From Saprolegnia diclina VS20 (taxonomy: Eukaryota), in contig NW_008246097.1 in assembly GCF_000281045.1 (NCBI RefSeq), positions 349,440 through 404,181 of the forward strand: a stretch of 54,742 bases of DNA. Reading direction: 5' to 3'. This document shows, one piece after another, positions 35,405-47,427 of this stretch. The notes under the pieces are model-generated. The model did not search any database, was not told where the DNA came from, and saw only the letters and a program-made list of their open reading frames with translations. Each line of letters opens with the position of its first letter. Positions within the stretch are counted from its first letter, which is position 1. The position numbers and the translations under genes are program-made.

Positions 35405-35762
35405 AGCGCTTTGCCTCGTTTGTTAATATATCTACGCTACGTCCTTTCGACTACTTGCCAGCTCCAGCCAGTACCATCGAAAGACAAAGTCGCGATCGAC
35501 GACGTTGACGCGTCACACGTCAAGCGGCGTATCGTGATCGTGAAGAAAAAGTACAAGAGGATGACGCTGTCGTTGTGCGACGGTCCTTGGCTGTTGACGC
35601 AGCGACCGCTTCGTCGATGCAACGAATAGCCAGCAACGGGCAGCTACACGACCGAGCACGACATGCCAGGCTGCGCGGTGCATATTTTGCCCTTGGAAAC
35701 CGACTTCTCACGCACTAATTAAGGCGTAGCGTTTCACCTCCGCGCCGCGTAGACAGGCAGCG

Positions 35763-37032
35763 ATGCTCGCGACCAAGGCACGACCAAGCGTGCCCTCCAA
35801 GTCCAAGTGGCAGGTGCGTTCCCCGGCGTCGAGTCCGGTCGCATAAAGGACACTGCTGTAGTCGAGCACACACGTTGCGCCCAAACCGCTTGTGACCAAG
35901 CACCACGGCCTCGATCTGCGCAAGGTCTCTTGCCCTACCCCGTGCCACTTGACGCAATGTATGTAGAAGCCCGTCACGCGGCGCGACTCTGCGCCGCGCA
36001 GCAGCAACAACGAGCCGGAAAAGTCGCCGCGCCAAGCCCCAGCATCGACGGGCTCAACGACACCCCTTCGGTACGCCCTTACGTCTCGCGGTCGCCAACG
36101 CATTCGTAGACGGTGTCGGTCGGCGTCGGCGATTCGGCAAAAGATCATCGACGCCAGCGACTTTAGCAGCAACAACCATACGAGCCACCTCGGAAACAAG
36201 GCCACGGTCGTGGACCTCGGCCATTTGCCGCCGCCCGCCTCGGTCGAGACCTACAAGTATGCCAAGAAGACGGGCCTCGCCTCGCAAAAGACGTACGCGT
36301 CTGTGACCCGTCGACACAAGTTTGCACGGTCGTCCGCGACCGTCTTGGAAATGGAACTGGCCGAACGCCTCTGCGAGCTCGATATGACGCACGTACGCTG
36401 CAGTGTATCCGAAGACGGTACCCACACCCCGTGTAGGGGCCCGCAAAGCAGCGCGCGCGGCTCCAAGTGGCCCGGGACCTCTTTGATGAAGTCATCTTGC
36501 AGGACCGCGTCCGTTCACATGAGCTTGATCACAACCACAACGTCACATTGGGTGTAGACGTACGCGGGCATTTTGCTCAAGATTCGCACCGAGTTCAACA
36601 AGCATTTCGACGCGCCGACGTCGTCGGTCGAGCAGTTCGACGACGGAAGCCCTCCCTTGGGTCGGCTTTTACTGCCGGCCGTGGATGCGTATGCAGAAAG
36701 CCTCTGTAGATGTCTACCTCGCACGAACTGAAAACCAAGCGCTCAAGCAACTCTGCACCGAGCTCCAGAGCGAAGTCGACCAGCTACGGCACGAGCTGCT
36801 CTTCCAGCCGCTCGGCAAAGGCGGAGTCGCTTCGATGCCGGATGACCATGAAGACGGTAGCCACCCGTGCTGCGTGACGCCTTCATGGTCCTTTGCGCTA
36901 GACGATGTGTCGCTCGTACTGCCCGAGACGACAACGATGACCTACTGTGTACCGCGGACCGTGCCAAAACTCAACTTTGCTGCGTTGAGTCCGTACCAAG
37001 ACGACGACGACGACGGCGGCTACGAGGCGTAG
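35763..37032 (+). CDS. Hypothetical protein with a TSNAXIP1_N/C6orf118-like helical region and coiled coil; multi-exon
   Basis: Short GT-AG introns join into one frame, giving LEMELAERL..RLQVARDLFDEVILQDR|TYAGILLKIRTEFNKH, then ENQALKQLCTELQSEVDQLRHEL and VPKLNF. Confidence 0.55.
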
Positions 37033-37102
37033 CCACCAGCCACCTTGTACAGCAGTAGAAAAACGCACACATTATGGACAAAATACATAGCACTTGGCAG
37101 CC

Positions 37103-40100
37103 TTAGTGCGGCGGAAGCACGTGTTGCAGGACGTCGCGCAGCTGGCCGTCGGAAACCGACTGTAGCATGGCTCGAAGGAGCGCGACTTGTTCTTCCTGGA
37201 GGGCCACGCTCCGCTGATGGAGGCTCCCGAGGCGCCAGAGACTGAGCAAGACAAGCAAGTAGGCCAGCAGCGCAAGGCCCCACACCAGTCGCCCTTCGGG
37301 CAGGACCATCTTGGTTGCCACCGGTGGCGTCGTCTTGGGCACTTCAGCGGCAACGGGCGGCACCACGGCACTCGGTGCCTTCGTCGGGGGCGTTGCCTTG
37401 GCCGTGGTCGTGGCGGTCGTCTTCTTGTAGGCTTCCATCGCCTTGACTGCCCAGAGCTTCATGGTTTCCTTCGACTCGGATGCGGTCGCGCCCTCAATCT
37501 ACGTGTAAACGTGTTAGCCAGGGCTAGGGTCAGCTCGTTGCGAGACACACACCTGCTTCTTGAGCCACGTGCTCTTGACCCAAAAGAGGCGCACGCCGGT
37601 GCGGAGTCGAGTATCGCCGTTGGGCTGCGGCGTAAAGAGCCAGCGACTCTCGGCGCGGAAGTAGTCGTGGTACGGCGCGTCGGCAACCGTCGCCGTGACG
37701 CTGACCACGAGGCCGACGCCGTCCTCAAACGAGAGACGCTGCTCCTGCGACGTCGGGATCGCGCTCGGTCCCACCATGTACTTCTTGTTGTGGGTATACG
37801 TGACAGTGCGCACCTTTTGGAACGTTTCCTGACGCTTGAACGCCGTGTACTGCACCGGGCCCGGCGACCACTCGCCGACGCTCACGTTGGTCTCGCCTGT
37901 TGCCTTCAGCAGCGCGTCCAGATAGGCGGCGGGTCCCCAGAGCGCCTTGTTCACATAAGCCAATGGCAGCGAGAGCACTTCGTCCATGACCACGTCATAG
38001 TCTTGCGATAGGATCGTCTCTTGCTCGGCAATGTCCAGACTCACTTGCGTCTCCGACCCCTCCGAGTTTGAGGCGGTGCTGTCGTCGTCGTCTGGCGTGC
38101 CGTCGTCCGAGGGCGTCAAGATGGCTTGCATTTGCTGCTGAATCTGCCGCAGCTGACCGACTGACTGCATGCATTCGTCGCTACAGACCGATAAGGTCGA
38201 CTTAAGCGAGGTTCGAAGCGTGTACCGGTAGAGAAACGACGCAAAAAAGAAGCGACCTTGCGTCGCCGTTGTGAGCTCGAGGGCATTGGGCACCACGATC
38301 GCCGTGTTCTTGCGCTCCATGTGCGTAATCTCCGTGAGCGGCAGCACCTACACAACAGGTGGTATCAATTGTTAGTCAAATCGTATCTTGATACTATCTT
38401 GATACAAAAATACATACCACAAACGCGTCGCGCCAGCCCGTAAAGCAGAGGTGCGTCTGCGAGAGGTACAGTCGACCTTGACACGGAAAGTTGTTGAGGT
38501 ACAGGGCACACGAAAAGCTCGCGACGACTTGCTCGGACGCGGGTAGCTACCATGTACTCGTACATATCCAAAGGGACAACATGTACGTACGTTGAAGACG
38601 CGCTGAAACTCAGCCGAGCCCATCGCAAAGAGGAGCGAGTCTTTGTCGTCCTTGAGTTCGTCCTTCTTGTCCAAAATCGCGTCGGCGTCGCTTGCGTTCG
38701 AGTCTTCCGTCTCGTCAATGGTCCGCGCGAGGTTCGAGTTGCTCGGTGTCGCCACGAGCTTGGGCTTGGCCGTTGACGTGTGGCGGCGAAGTTGCTCGAG
38801 CAGGAGGGGCGACGTCGAGAGCTGCGGCACCAAGCTTGGTCCTTCGGTCGTCGGCGGCGACGCGTCGACCACGTGTTGGATAAATTCTTGAATGTCGGCA
38901 GTTGCCGAGAGCTGGTCGACGTCAGTGACGATGGCTTGTGACGCGTGCTTCAAGCCCAAAACGAGGTGGTCGTGCGCCTTGACGAGCGACCGCAATGAGC
39001 TCTTCTTGACATCGAGACGGTATTTTTCATTCTTCGTGTACCCCGAGAGGACGCGCTGGAGCTCCTACAGGCCACGCATCAATATCAACTTGATACCTTG
39101 CTACAGTGTACCTCGCGAAACGTATCGGCTTTGTCAAGCAGTGCGGCCGCACTTGCGTCGACTTGGGCCGAGAGATCCGTAATCTCGTCGCGAAGCTGGT
39201 CGACCTTCCAGCCGAGCTTGCGCTCTCGCTCCGACGGACTGTCGGCGAGCCCCAGGTGGTGCAGCATATCTTCCTTGTCCACGTTGACGGTCTGCGTCGT
39301 CTGGTTGGCCTCGAGCTCCTTGCGCTTCGTCTCGAGTCGCGTCAGCAGTCGCCAGTGCGCTTGTCGCTCGGCCAAGATCGTCCCGTAGAGTCGCCCGAGG
39401 TCCGCGTCCAGCGCTGTCTTGGTCTCGTCATACTCGTTCTTCATCGTGCCAAGACTCAAGAGCACGGGCTCGGCGAGGAGCGACCCAAATTCCTACGACG
39501 CGTAATTGAAACATTGATACAATGAAACAATGGAGGCGTACGCGATGAAGGTACGCGACCCGCTGCAGCTGAGCGACGACCGCGGTCCACGCGGCGCTCA
39601 ACGTCGCACCTTCGTCGGCCACCACCGGGTTCGATGACGCAAAGAGCCCTGTCTCGATTTTCTCGTTGGGCGTTGGCCCGTGGATACTCGAGAGCTTGTC
39701 GAGCGCTTGGACAAAGGTTTCTTCAGCGGATATGTACTCGACAAGCGTGTTGAGCATCGCGTGGGTGCAGATGACGCCTTGGTCGCTCATGCTCTGAACG
39801 CCGGTGACGAGGTCTGCCAGTCGAGTGCTCTCCGGGTCGAGGAGCCACGCCGTTTCGGCCGTGAGCTCGGGGGACTGGAGCCCGAGTCCTTGCACGAGTC
39901 CCTCCTCAATGTCATCTAAGGATACGACGTGAGGACTTCTGTAGAGACATGGAGACACAATACCGAGCACATCGATCGACTGGATGGCCGCCTGCATGTC
40001 GGCGATGACCGCCTCAATCTTCTTGAGCGTCCCGAGCCGCGCCTTTTCCGTGCGCAAAAGCAGATCTTTAATGTACTCGATGCGCTGCTCCTCGGTAACC

Positions 40101-40937
40101 TCAAAGGCCCGGAGGTTGTCCTTCAAGCTGCGCTCGTACGTGGTGCGCTGCGAAGCGAGCGCCTCCACTGCGCGCGTGTACGCGGCCTCGGCAGCGACGA
40201 TGTCGTCCATGGCGGCCGCGATCTTGGTGCGCTGGCGGTCCTGCGACGTGAACGCAAGGTGCTTGGTCGAATCCCACACTTTGGTAAAGATATCCGACGA
40301 CTTGTCGCCGTCCGGCTTGCGGTTCAGTGACGCGAGGAGCTCGAGCGCGTCGGCGCACTTCTTGTCGTAGCGCTCCTTGGTCTTGTTGGCCTTGGTGGCG
40401 TAGTCTTGGTATCGGCTCTTGATTTTGAGGCCCTCTAGTTCGACTAAATAAGACGAGTACGAGGTCGGAGAGCGAACCGGACGTGAGCCGCTGGATCTGC
40501 GTGTCTTGCTGCAGCGTGCACGCCTTGATGCCAGCGACGATGCTCGTCGTGTGCTTGCTTGCAAAGTCCACGTGCTCGGCCGAGATGGACGCCATCGCCT
40601 TGTGCACGGCTGCCCACACTGACGCCACTTGTTTCGCCCAGTCCTCCGACTTGGGGCTCCTATGCGCCGTCTTAGCCTTGCATTCGAGATGTCAAGCAAG
40701 TGGGTTGTACTGTTGGATCTTGCCGAGCTGCTTGCTGTAGAGCATCTCAAAGTTGGCGCGATCTTGAAGGAAGAGCGACATGGCTTGGCACGTCTGGACG
40801 CCGTTCTTGCCCTTGGCGCACACGGCCGGGAAGGCCTCAAAGAGATGCACGTCGTACGCGAGTGGCTCTGGCTTGGGCGACGTCGCGGCGGCGGCCATCG
40901 CGCTGTCGACGGGAACGACCTCGGCTCCGGCTTGCAT
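37103..40937 (-). CDS. LAM/GRAMD1/VAD1-family sterol-transfer protein with two N-terminal F-BAR-like domains (F-BAR, F-BAR, GRAM, VASt, TM); multi-exon
   Basis: FCH motif FPAVCAKGKNGVQTCQAMSLFLQDRANFEMLYSKQLGKI; second FCH-like QGVICTHAMLNTLVEYISAEETFVQALDKL; GRAM FSCAL..QGRLYLSQTHLCF..IVVPNALE..FFFASF; VASt DAPYHDYFRAESRW..WVKSTWLKKQIE; TM LVWGLALLAYLLVLLSLW. Confidence 0.85.
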
Positions 40938-41640
40938 GGGCCAGAATGGAAATAGCGCTCGTTTGTGGGTTTGCACTTCGAACTTCGAGGACACTCCCTG
41001 CATTTCAGGGCGTGCCACGTGTCGTCGGGGCGTTTGCACGCAACGGCGTCAAGTCTTTTATCTAGCCATTTGTATGTAAAGTGGCCCCTAAAACAATGCG
41101 TACGAGCGAGATGAGAGGGAGTTGCCCATCTTGCCGCGGCTGAAACGCGACCGTTGGCGACTACATGCGGCATATGCCACCTCGTATATTCCAACATCGT
41201 AGCTTCGAACTTCGATAGGACAGCAACGACGTGATCTCGAGTGCGAACCAAGGGCGCGCGGGATAGTTCAACTGAAGAATTCCCTGATTGGTCTTGAAAT
41301 CTGAAGTTTCAAGACCACGGACAGGACCAGCGAGAGAAGTGAAGCAAACGCATTTGAGTCCCTCAGCTCCTTCAACAACCCGACCCAAGAGATGTGTTCC
41401 GCCAAGTACACTGCAGCCTTGCGAGTAACAAGCGTGGTACCGGTGGTTCGACGTCTCCACTCTCCATTGCCGGCTGGGATCGGGGCGTCGATAGTGGCCT
41501 TCTTCAGCGTGCTAGCTAAAATACCCTACGCGACCCTGCGTCGATACCTTGCTCCGATAAGATTTGACAGCTTATTTGACTAACGTTAGGGCGTTTTCAG
41601 AAGACCCACTTCAACAACTGGGGCGTTTTCGCGCATTTTC

Positions 41641-41669
41641 ATTGGCTAGCGATTCCGGTAGTAGCCAAT
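41641..41669. promoter_or_regulatory. Inverted CCAAT pair (ATTGGCTA..TAGCCAAT) upstream of BTB gene 1
   Basis: Perfect 8-bp inverted repeat with a 13-nt spacer; an Inr-like CTCATTC follows at about 41706, before ATG 41717. Confidence 0.5.
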
Positions 41670-41716
41670 CACGTCGTTGTTGCAAGATTGTTGTTGTCGC
41701 GCAATCTCATTCATCA

Positions 41717-42690
41717 ATGGCACCACCCGTGGTCTCGTTGGATGCGCGCTGGGCTCAGCTCCAAGACCTCCTACCACCCGAGATCCAGGGTCCTCTAGGC
41801 GCCTTTGTCGACGACGTCACCTCGGCGCTGCGTGAGCTGCAGTGTGAGAGACCCAAGGCGCCGACCAAGATCGTCACGCTCAACGTCGGTGGCACGCGCT
41901 TTGCGACTTCACGGGAGAACCTGTTGCGGTTCGAGGACAGCTACTTCCATACGATGCTCCAATGGCCGCCCAACGACGACGGTACGAGAGGCTCACCGCG
42001 CTCGTCTCTGATCTCTGACCAGGCGAGTATTTTCTCGATGTCGAGCCCAGTTTGTTTGTGGCCATCATGACGTACCTTCGGACGGGGAAGCTCTCGGTCA
42101 AGAGCATTCCAGAGGACGCACGAGCCGACTTTCGCGACCTCTTGGACTACTTTCAGCTCAACGAGCCAGTAGCGTCGGCGTGGGATCCCCACCATTGCCA
42201 CGTATCCGCCGTATTGAGCCAGAGCGCCACCGTCGTCGCCAAGCTCCGTGGCAACCTGACGTGGAGCGGCGTCGTGGCGACAACGCCCTCGAGTCGCTTT
42301 TGCGTTGCGGTCAATGCCGTCTCGTTCTTTGAGGTGGGCTACAGCACGCGCGACGCTATCCACGAAACGGGCACAGACGCCCACGGATATGTCCTCCATG
42401 TTGACGTGCGCGCTAGCTTCAAGATCAACATGGTGCATCTGGCCCTCAAGGCGTTTCCAAGAGATGCCGCCCATCCACTGCCTGTCGTGCACTGTTCGAC
42501 GCTGACGACCACCGCCCAAGATGTGGTCATCGCCGTCACACGCGACATGGACGCGCGGTGCCTCTTCTTTGACGTCGACGGCGTGCGCGTCGACGAGCAC
42601 TTTTCCGACGTGGCCGAGACGACCGAGCTTGTGCCGTTTGTGCGGCTCTGGTATGCCAAACAGCGCATCGAGCTCGTGCCGTTTTCGTAA
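41717..42690 (+). CDS. BTB/POZ (KCTD/T1-type) protein with a beta-rich SPRY-like C-terminus, copy 1; one intron
   Basis: KIVTLNVGGTRFATSRENLLRFEDSYFHTML..G|EYFLDVEPSLFVAIMTYLRTGKL..LDYFQL. Confidence 0.9.
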
Positions 42691-43161
42691 CCTTTTTCGA
42701 TTGAACAAGCATATCATGTACGACCTCTTTTAGAATGAGATAGTTCTATGGTGCCCATGACGTGGCGGCCTGTTTGCGCAAGATCAACCTTGGAGCCGAG
42801 AAGACACGCAACGTAAGAGTGGTAGTTTCCTCTTTGGGAACGTCCGACCATGTACCCAAGGGAAAATAAGAACAAGTTCGTATTTCCCTTGTACCGGACG
42901 CACTTGGTGTTCCAGTGCGCTCGAGTGCGGCGCAGAGACGTCAAAGGAGAAGTTGCAGTCGCAGCGCAAAAGGGCGCTGAGCTGCAAACTCTGCTTGTGA
43001 AGGGCGCCTTGGTCTCCGCAGATGTGAGTTACAGAGACGCGGTGCCCAGACGCGCGTGCCCAGATTCCACTGCCCAGATTTACAAACGTCAACAACTCCA
43101 ACGTAGCACACCCTGCGTTTTACACTTTTCTTTAACGGACCGTGGAGCTTCAACGTGGCAA

Positions 43162-44105
43162 ATGCCATTCCCAGAGTCGACGACAAGCGATGCGTTCGAG
43201 GCGCGATGGGCTGAGCTCCGTACGCTCCTTTCGTCAGAGGTGCTAGGTCCATTTGACACTTGTGCCACTGACGTCGCCTCTGCGCTTCGCGACATGCAGC
43301 GCTCGAGAGCGCCCACCAAGATCGTCACGCTCAACGTCGGTGGCACGCGCTTTGCAACGTTCCACGAGACGCTGTTGCGCTTCGAGGGCAGCTACTTCCA
43401 CGCGTTGCTCCAGTGGCCACCCACTGAGAACGGTACTGGAGATATCGTTTCCATTGTTTTCAGCATTCCGTAGGCGAGTACTTTCTGGACTTTGACCCGG
43501 CCTTGTTTGCGCCCATCATGACGTACCTTCGCAGCGGTCACCTGCCTCTCGATAGCCTCGCGGGCGGCGCGCGAGATGACTTTTTCGAGCTTTACGACTA
43601 CCTCCAGCTGCCACCACTGGCGGCGTGGGATCCCACCCACTGCCACGACGACGTCCTTTTGAGTGCGGGCGACACGGTCCTGGCCAAGCAACGAGGATTT
43701 AATGCATTTGTCGGCGCCGTCGCGGTCACGCCATTGCGACGCTTTTGCGTTTCGGATAACAGCGTCTTCGTCGAGGTCGGCTACTGCCCCCGCGACTCCT
43801 CGCGCAAGGCAGACGCCACTGTCCATGGGTACGTCCTCTCGATCGAGATTGACAGCGCTGGCGAGATCCACGCTGTGCTCAAGGCCTACCCCGCTGAGGC
43901 CGCGCAGCCGCTGCCACCGATATTCGTCCCGCCCTTCAAGGCGACGACGTCCGCGACAACTGTCGTCGTGACGCGCGACGACGAGAGCATTTCTTTTGAA
44001 GTCAACGGCGTTCTGCTAAACCAACGCTTTAGCGACGTCCCGAGCGCGCTCTATCCAATGACACGGCTCTGGAACGTCCAGCAGCCCCCTGCCATCTCCG
44101 CGTAG
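43162..44105 (+). CDS. BTB/POZ (KCTD/T1-type) protein, copy 2; tandem paralog, one intron
   Basis: KIVTLNVGGTRFATFHETLLRFEGSYFHALL..G|EYFLDFDPALFAPIMTYLRSGHL..YDYLQL; same intron position as copy 1. Confidence 0.9.
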
Positions 44106-44288
44106 ACGCCACTTTGTACACAGTATTTGTCTTTGAGGTGACCGACAGCTCTACCCGGTTAATAATATGATTGGCATCTCTCGTGGTATCCCGAGGTCCA
44201 CTCGCTCCCTATTCATGGAGGAAGAAAACAACCGGCCACAGACTCCGCGTGCAAATGCATTTATGAAATGGAACTATCGCGGCTGGTT

Positions 44289-46733
44289 CTAAAAGTCGGC
44301 AAAGTAGTCTTCGCCGTTGTACTTGACAATCTTGCCAGCCTTGGGAAAGTGACCAAACTGACTCAAGTCCAGTGCATCCTTAATTGGCGGCGTGTACGGC
44401 GCCGTGAGCGTCTGGGTTCGAAGCGCCGTCCAATCAAAGCACGCGGTCGAGAACCACGGATGCAGCATCACGTCGTTCATGCCACCGGGCAGTGATCCTA
44501 TTCCCCACGATCAATTTCTTCTCATACCTTTCAGACAAATCGTACCCAAGCGCAGACGCGGGTTGGGCTCGAGTAGTTTCGAGATGAGGTCCTTTGCCTC
44601 CGGGTCAAAGCCGTGGGGGAAGCGGAGCGTCGACGGCGCGTGCAGGACATTCCACACGACTTGGAGGTCGTCGTGGCAGTCCGAGTAAAACGGCGTGTGG
44701 CCCACGAGGAGCTCGTAGATGAGACAGCCGAGCGCCCAGTGGTCGACCGCGATCCCATGGCCTTTCTGCAGCAAGATCTCGGGCGCCATGTATTCTTGCG
44801 TGCCGCAGACCGTAAATGTCTTTTCACAGAGCGCGCCTTGCTTGAAGAACGGAATGTGCTTGGCAAAGCCAAAGTCGACCATCTTGAGGTAGCCTTTATC
44901 GTCGAGCATGAGGTTCTCGGGCTTGAGGTCGCGGTACGCGACGTTGATCGTCTGGAGGTATCGGAAGACCTCGACGACCGTCGCCGCATAAAAGCGCGCG
45001 GTTGGCACGTCAAAGCCACCGGTGCTGCCTTTTGGAAGGTAAAACGACTTTTCGTAGAGCAAGCTCCAGAGCTCGCCGCCTTGCACGAGCTCGAGCACCA
45101 TGTAGAGCTGGTCGCGGTCGGCAAAGGTATCGACGAGGCGCAGAATGAACGGGTGGGTGCACTCGCAGATGATGCGCTTCTCGTTCAAAATGTTGAGCAC
45201 TTGGTGCGTCGCGACAATGTTGTGCTTTGGCATGCACTTGAGCGCATACGTCATCCCGCTCGGCTTGTGCTTGACCATGAAGACGTGGCCAAACGTGCCA
45301 GCCCCGATCGTGTCGATCTTCTCGAGCTCGGCAAAGTCCAAGTGCTTGGACGCTGGCACTGGCGTACCGAGGATCGACGCCTGGATGAGCTCTTGGCGCT
45401 TCGCCTCATCGGCCATAACCGCGCGAAGCTTGCTCAGACAGCGCTCAAACGCCGGGCGGTCAAGGCTGAGGCACTCGACGGGCCCGGACGCAACCACGTC
45501 GGCGGCCCGCGGCTCGTTGTGCAACAGCGTGCGCTCGCCAAAGAACTCGCCAGACCGGAGCTGCAGGACCTGGACGCCGGCCTTCTGCACGGACACGACC
45601 CCTTGCTGGATGATGAAGAACGTGTTGCCGATCTCGCCTTGTCGGATGATCTTTTGGCCGTCAGTAAACGAGACTGTCCGGAACGCGAGTGCAATCAAGT
45701 CGAGCTCGGGGTCCGAGAGGTGGCTCAAGAGCGTGATGCTGCGCAGCGTGCGGAGGCGCACTTGGCGGTCGAGAAGCGTCTGCAGCGGGCCGAGGAGCTG
45801 CGTAAAGTCACGGCGCCCGAGCATATAGCATGTGGCGTTGGTCTCGGCGACGCAGTTGACCTTGCGCGGCTCGTTGGTGAGGAGCGCGCGCTCGCCAAAG
45901 TACTGACCGGCGTGCAGCGTCACGAGATGCTCGTCATGCTCGCTCGAGCAGAGAACGGAGCCCTGCACGATCATGTAGAACGTGTTGCCTTCGTCGCCTT
46001 GCCGGATGATGGATGCGCCTGCACCAAAGTACTCCATGCGGAGGACGTCGACGATCTTGCGCAGCGGCTTGTCGCCGAGGTGCTTTAAAAAGTCCACTTG
46101 CTTGAGGAAGTCGAGCCGCGCCTTCTGCGACTGCATCTCGGCGGTCGTTGCAATCTTGCGGAAGATGACGCGGTCGATTTTCCACAGCGTACACGGCGAT
46201 GTTGCCTTGATCGTGGCCGCGCGCGGCGCGTTGTAGAGCAGCGCGAGCTCGCCAAAGGCCTGGCCACCGACGTAGTGGCCAACAACCTTGTCGTCGACGA
46301 GGATTTGGCACGAGCCGGCTTCAAGCACGAAGAACGCATTACCCGTGTCGCCTTGCGTGATGACCTCGTCGCCGTCGTTGTGCGTGACAAGGTCCATGAC
46401 GTGTGCGACCTCGAGCAGCTGCGCGTCCTCGAGCGTCTGGAAGAGGTAGTGCGCTCGGAGCGCCTTGGAGATGATGCGGATGGCCTCGTTGCTCTTGGCG
46501 ACCCGCGGAAGCAGAAGCATCTCCGACTCGGGCTCGATCGAGCGCCCGCGGATGCGCGGCCGGCGGAAGACCGACTGGCACGCATGGAGAACGCTCTTCA
46601 TCGACATGACTGTCGGCGACGTCACCTTGGTCGCGGCCTCGGACGGCGCCAGCACCGAGCGCTTCCCGCCGACGCTGACTTGGATCTGCCCGGTCGTGAG
46701 GCTATTGCGGTGCTTGCGTCCGATCGAGCTCAT
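44289..46733 (-). CDS. Cyclic nucleotide-dependent AGC kinase (PKG architecture: 3 CNB domains + kinase)
   Basis: CNB cassettes FGELALLYNAPRAAT, FGERALLTNEPRKVN and FGERTLLHNEPRAAD; kinase IGAGTFG, YALK, YRDLKPEN, DFG, TVCGTQEYMAPE; AGC tail FDW..PYTP..YFADF*. The N-terminus may extend further upstream. Confidence 0.92.
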
Positions 46734-47427
46734 GGGAAATTGCCAACTGCGGGAGGTTTCGCTCGCCGATCGCAATAAAATTTCGATTTTGGCCAATCCG
46801 CTGTCATTTTCATCCTGCAAATAGTGTGTGTCTATTGTTAGCCGGTGCAAGGGACGTTGGCCCACATATCGGTGAACACCCTTGGCGGACCGCTGGGTGG
46901 CCGGCAGAACGATTTGCGTGGAGCTCGCGGGTTCCCAAGTCTACTAGGCGCTCCCAGTCAGTACTCTACAGCACGCAAGAAGGATATCCAGGGCAATCAA
47001 CTAACGACTTTTGTCTCTGTGACTGATACTACATCTCGGCGACCTTGACGCACAGAATGCGTCCCTGGAGATTGATCGCGTGGATGCAGCGAGTACTCGC
47101 CATTGCAATCACATAGCCACGACAGGCAACAAACCCCATAGCTGGTTTGTAACTGAGTTGGCGTTTCGGAGTGTGGTTTTCACTTATCGAGGCGCTCTCG
47201 GAACTCTCGGGGTTATGAGTGGGTGTAAGCGACTTGCAGCGATGATCTACGTATCAGAGTGCGCGTCGCTGAGCAGTTGACTGGTGGATTGCATTAGTTC
47301 GTCGTTGTCATGTAACCGCTCACACTATTTAAGGCGACCCAAATTCATTTTCAGCCAATCCCAAACGCTCTTGCATTTGATTCGCTATAAAGCCGTTTGC
47401 TGGAATTTCACCCGCGCCGACCGCCTC

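Noticed and set aside
41425..41465. tRNA/SINE-like B-box (GGTTCGA)
   Set aside because: The loop geometry is wrong for a T-arm, and no acceptor, D or anticodon stems can be formed.
42850..43161. N-terminal extension of BTB copy 2 shown in the ORF track
   Set aside because: No counterpart in copy 1 and atypical composition; homology starts at ATG 43162.
41717..44105. BTB/T1 genes acting as trans tetramerisation domains for the K+ channels at 1-3496
   Set aside because: About 38 kb apart, KCTD-type BTBs are common independent proteins, and the channels have their own C-terminal coiled coils.
47235..47280. C/D snoRNA-like CGATGA..CTGA
   Set aside because: Imperfect C box, too short and no terminal stem.
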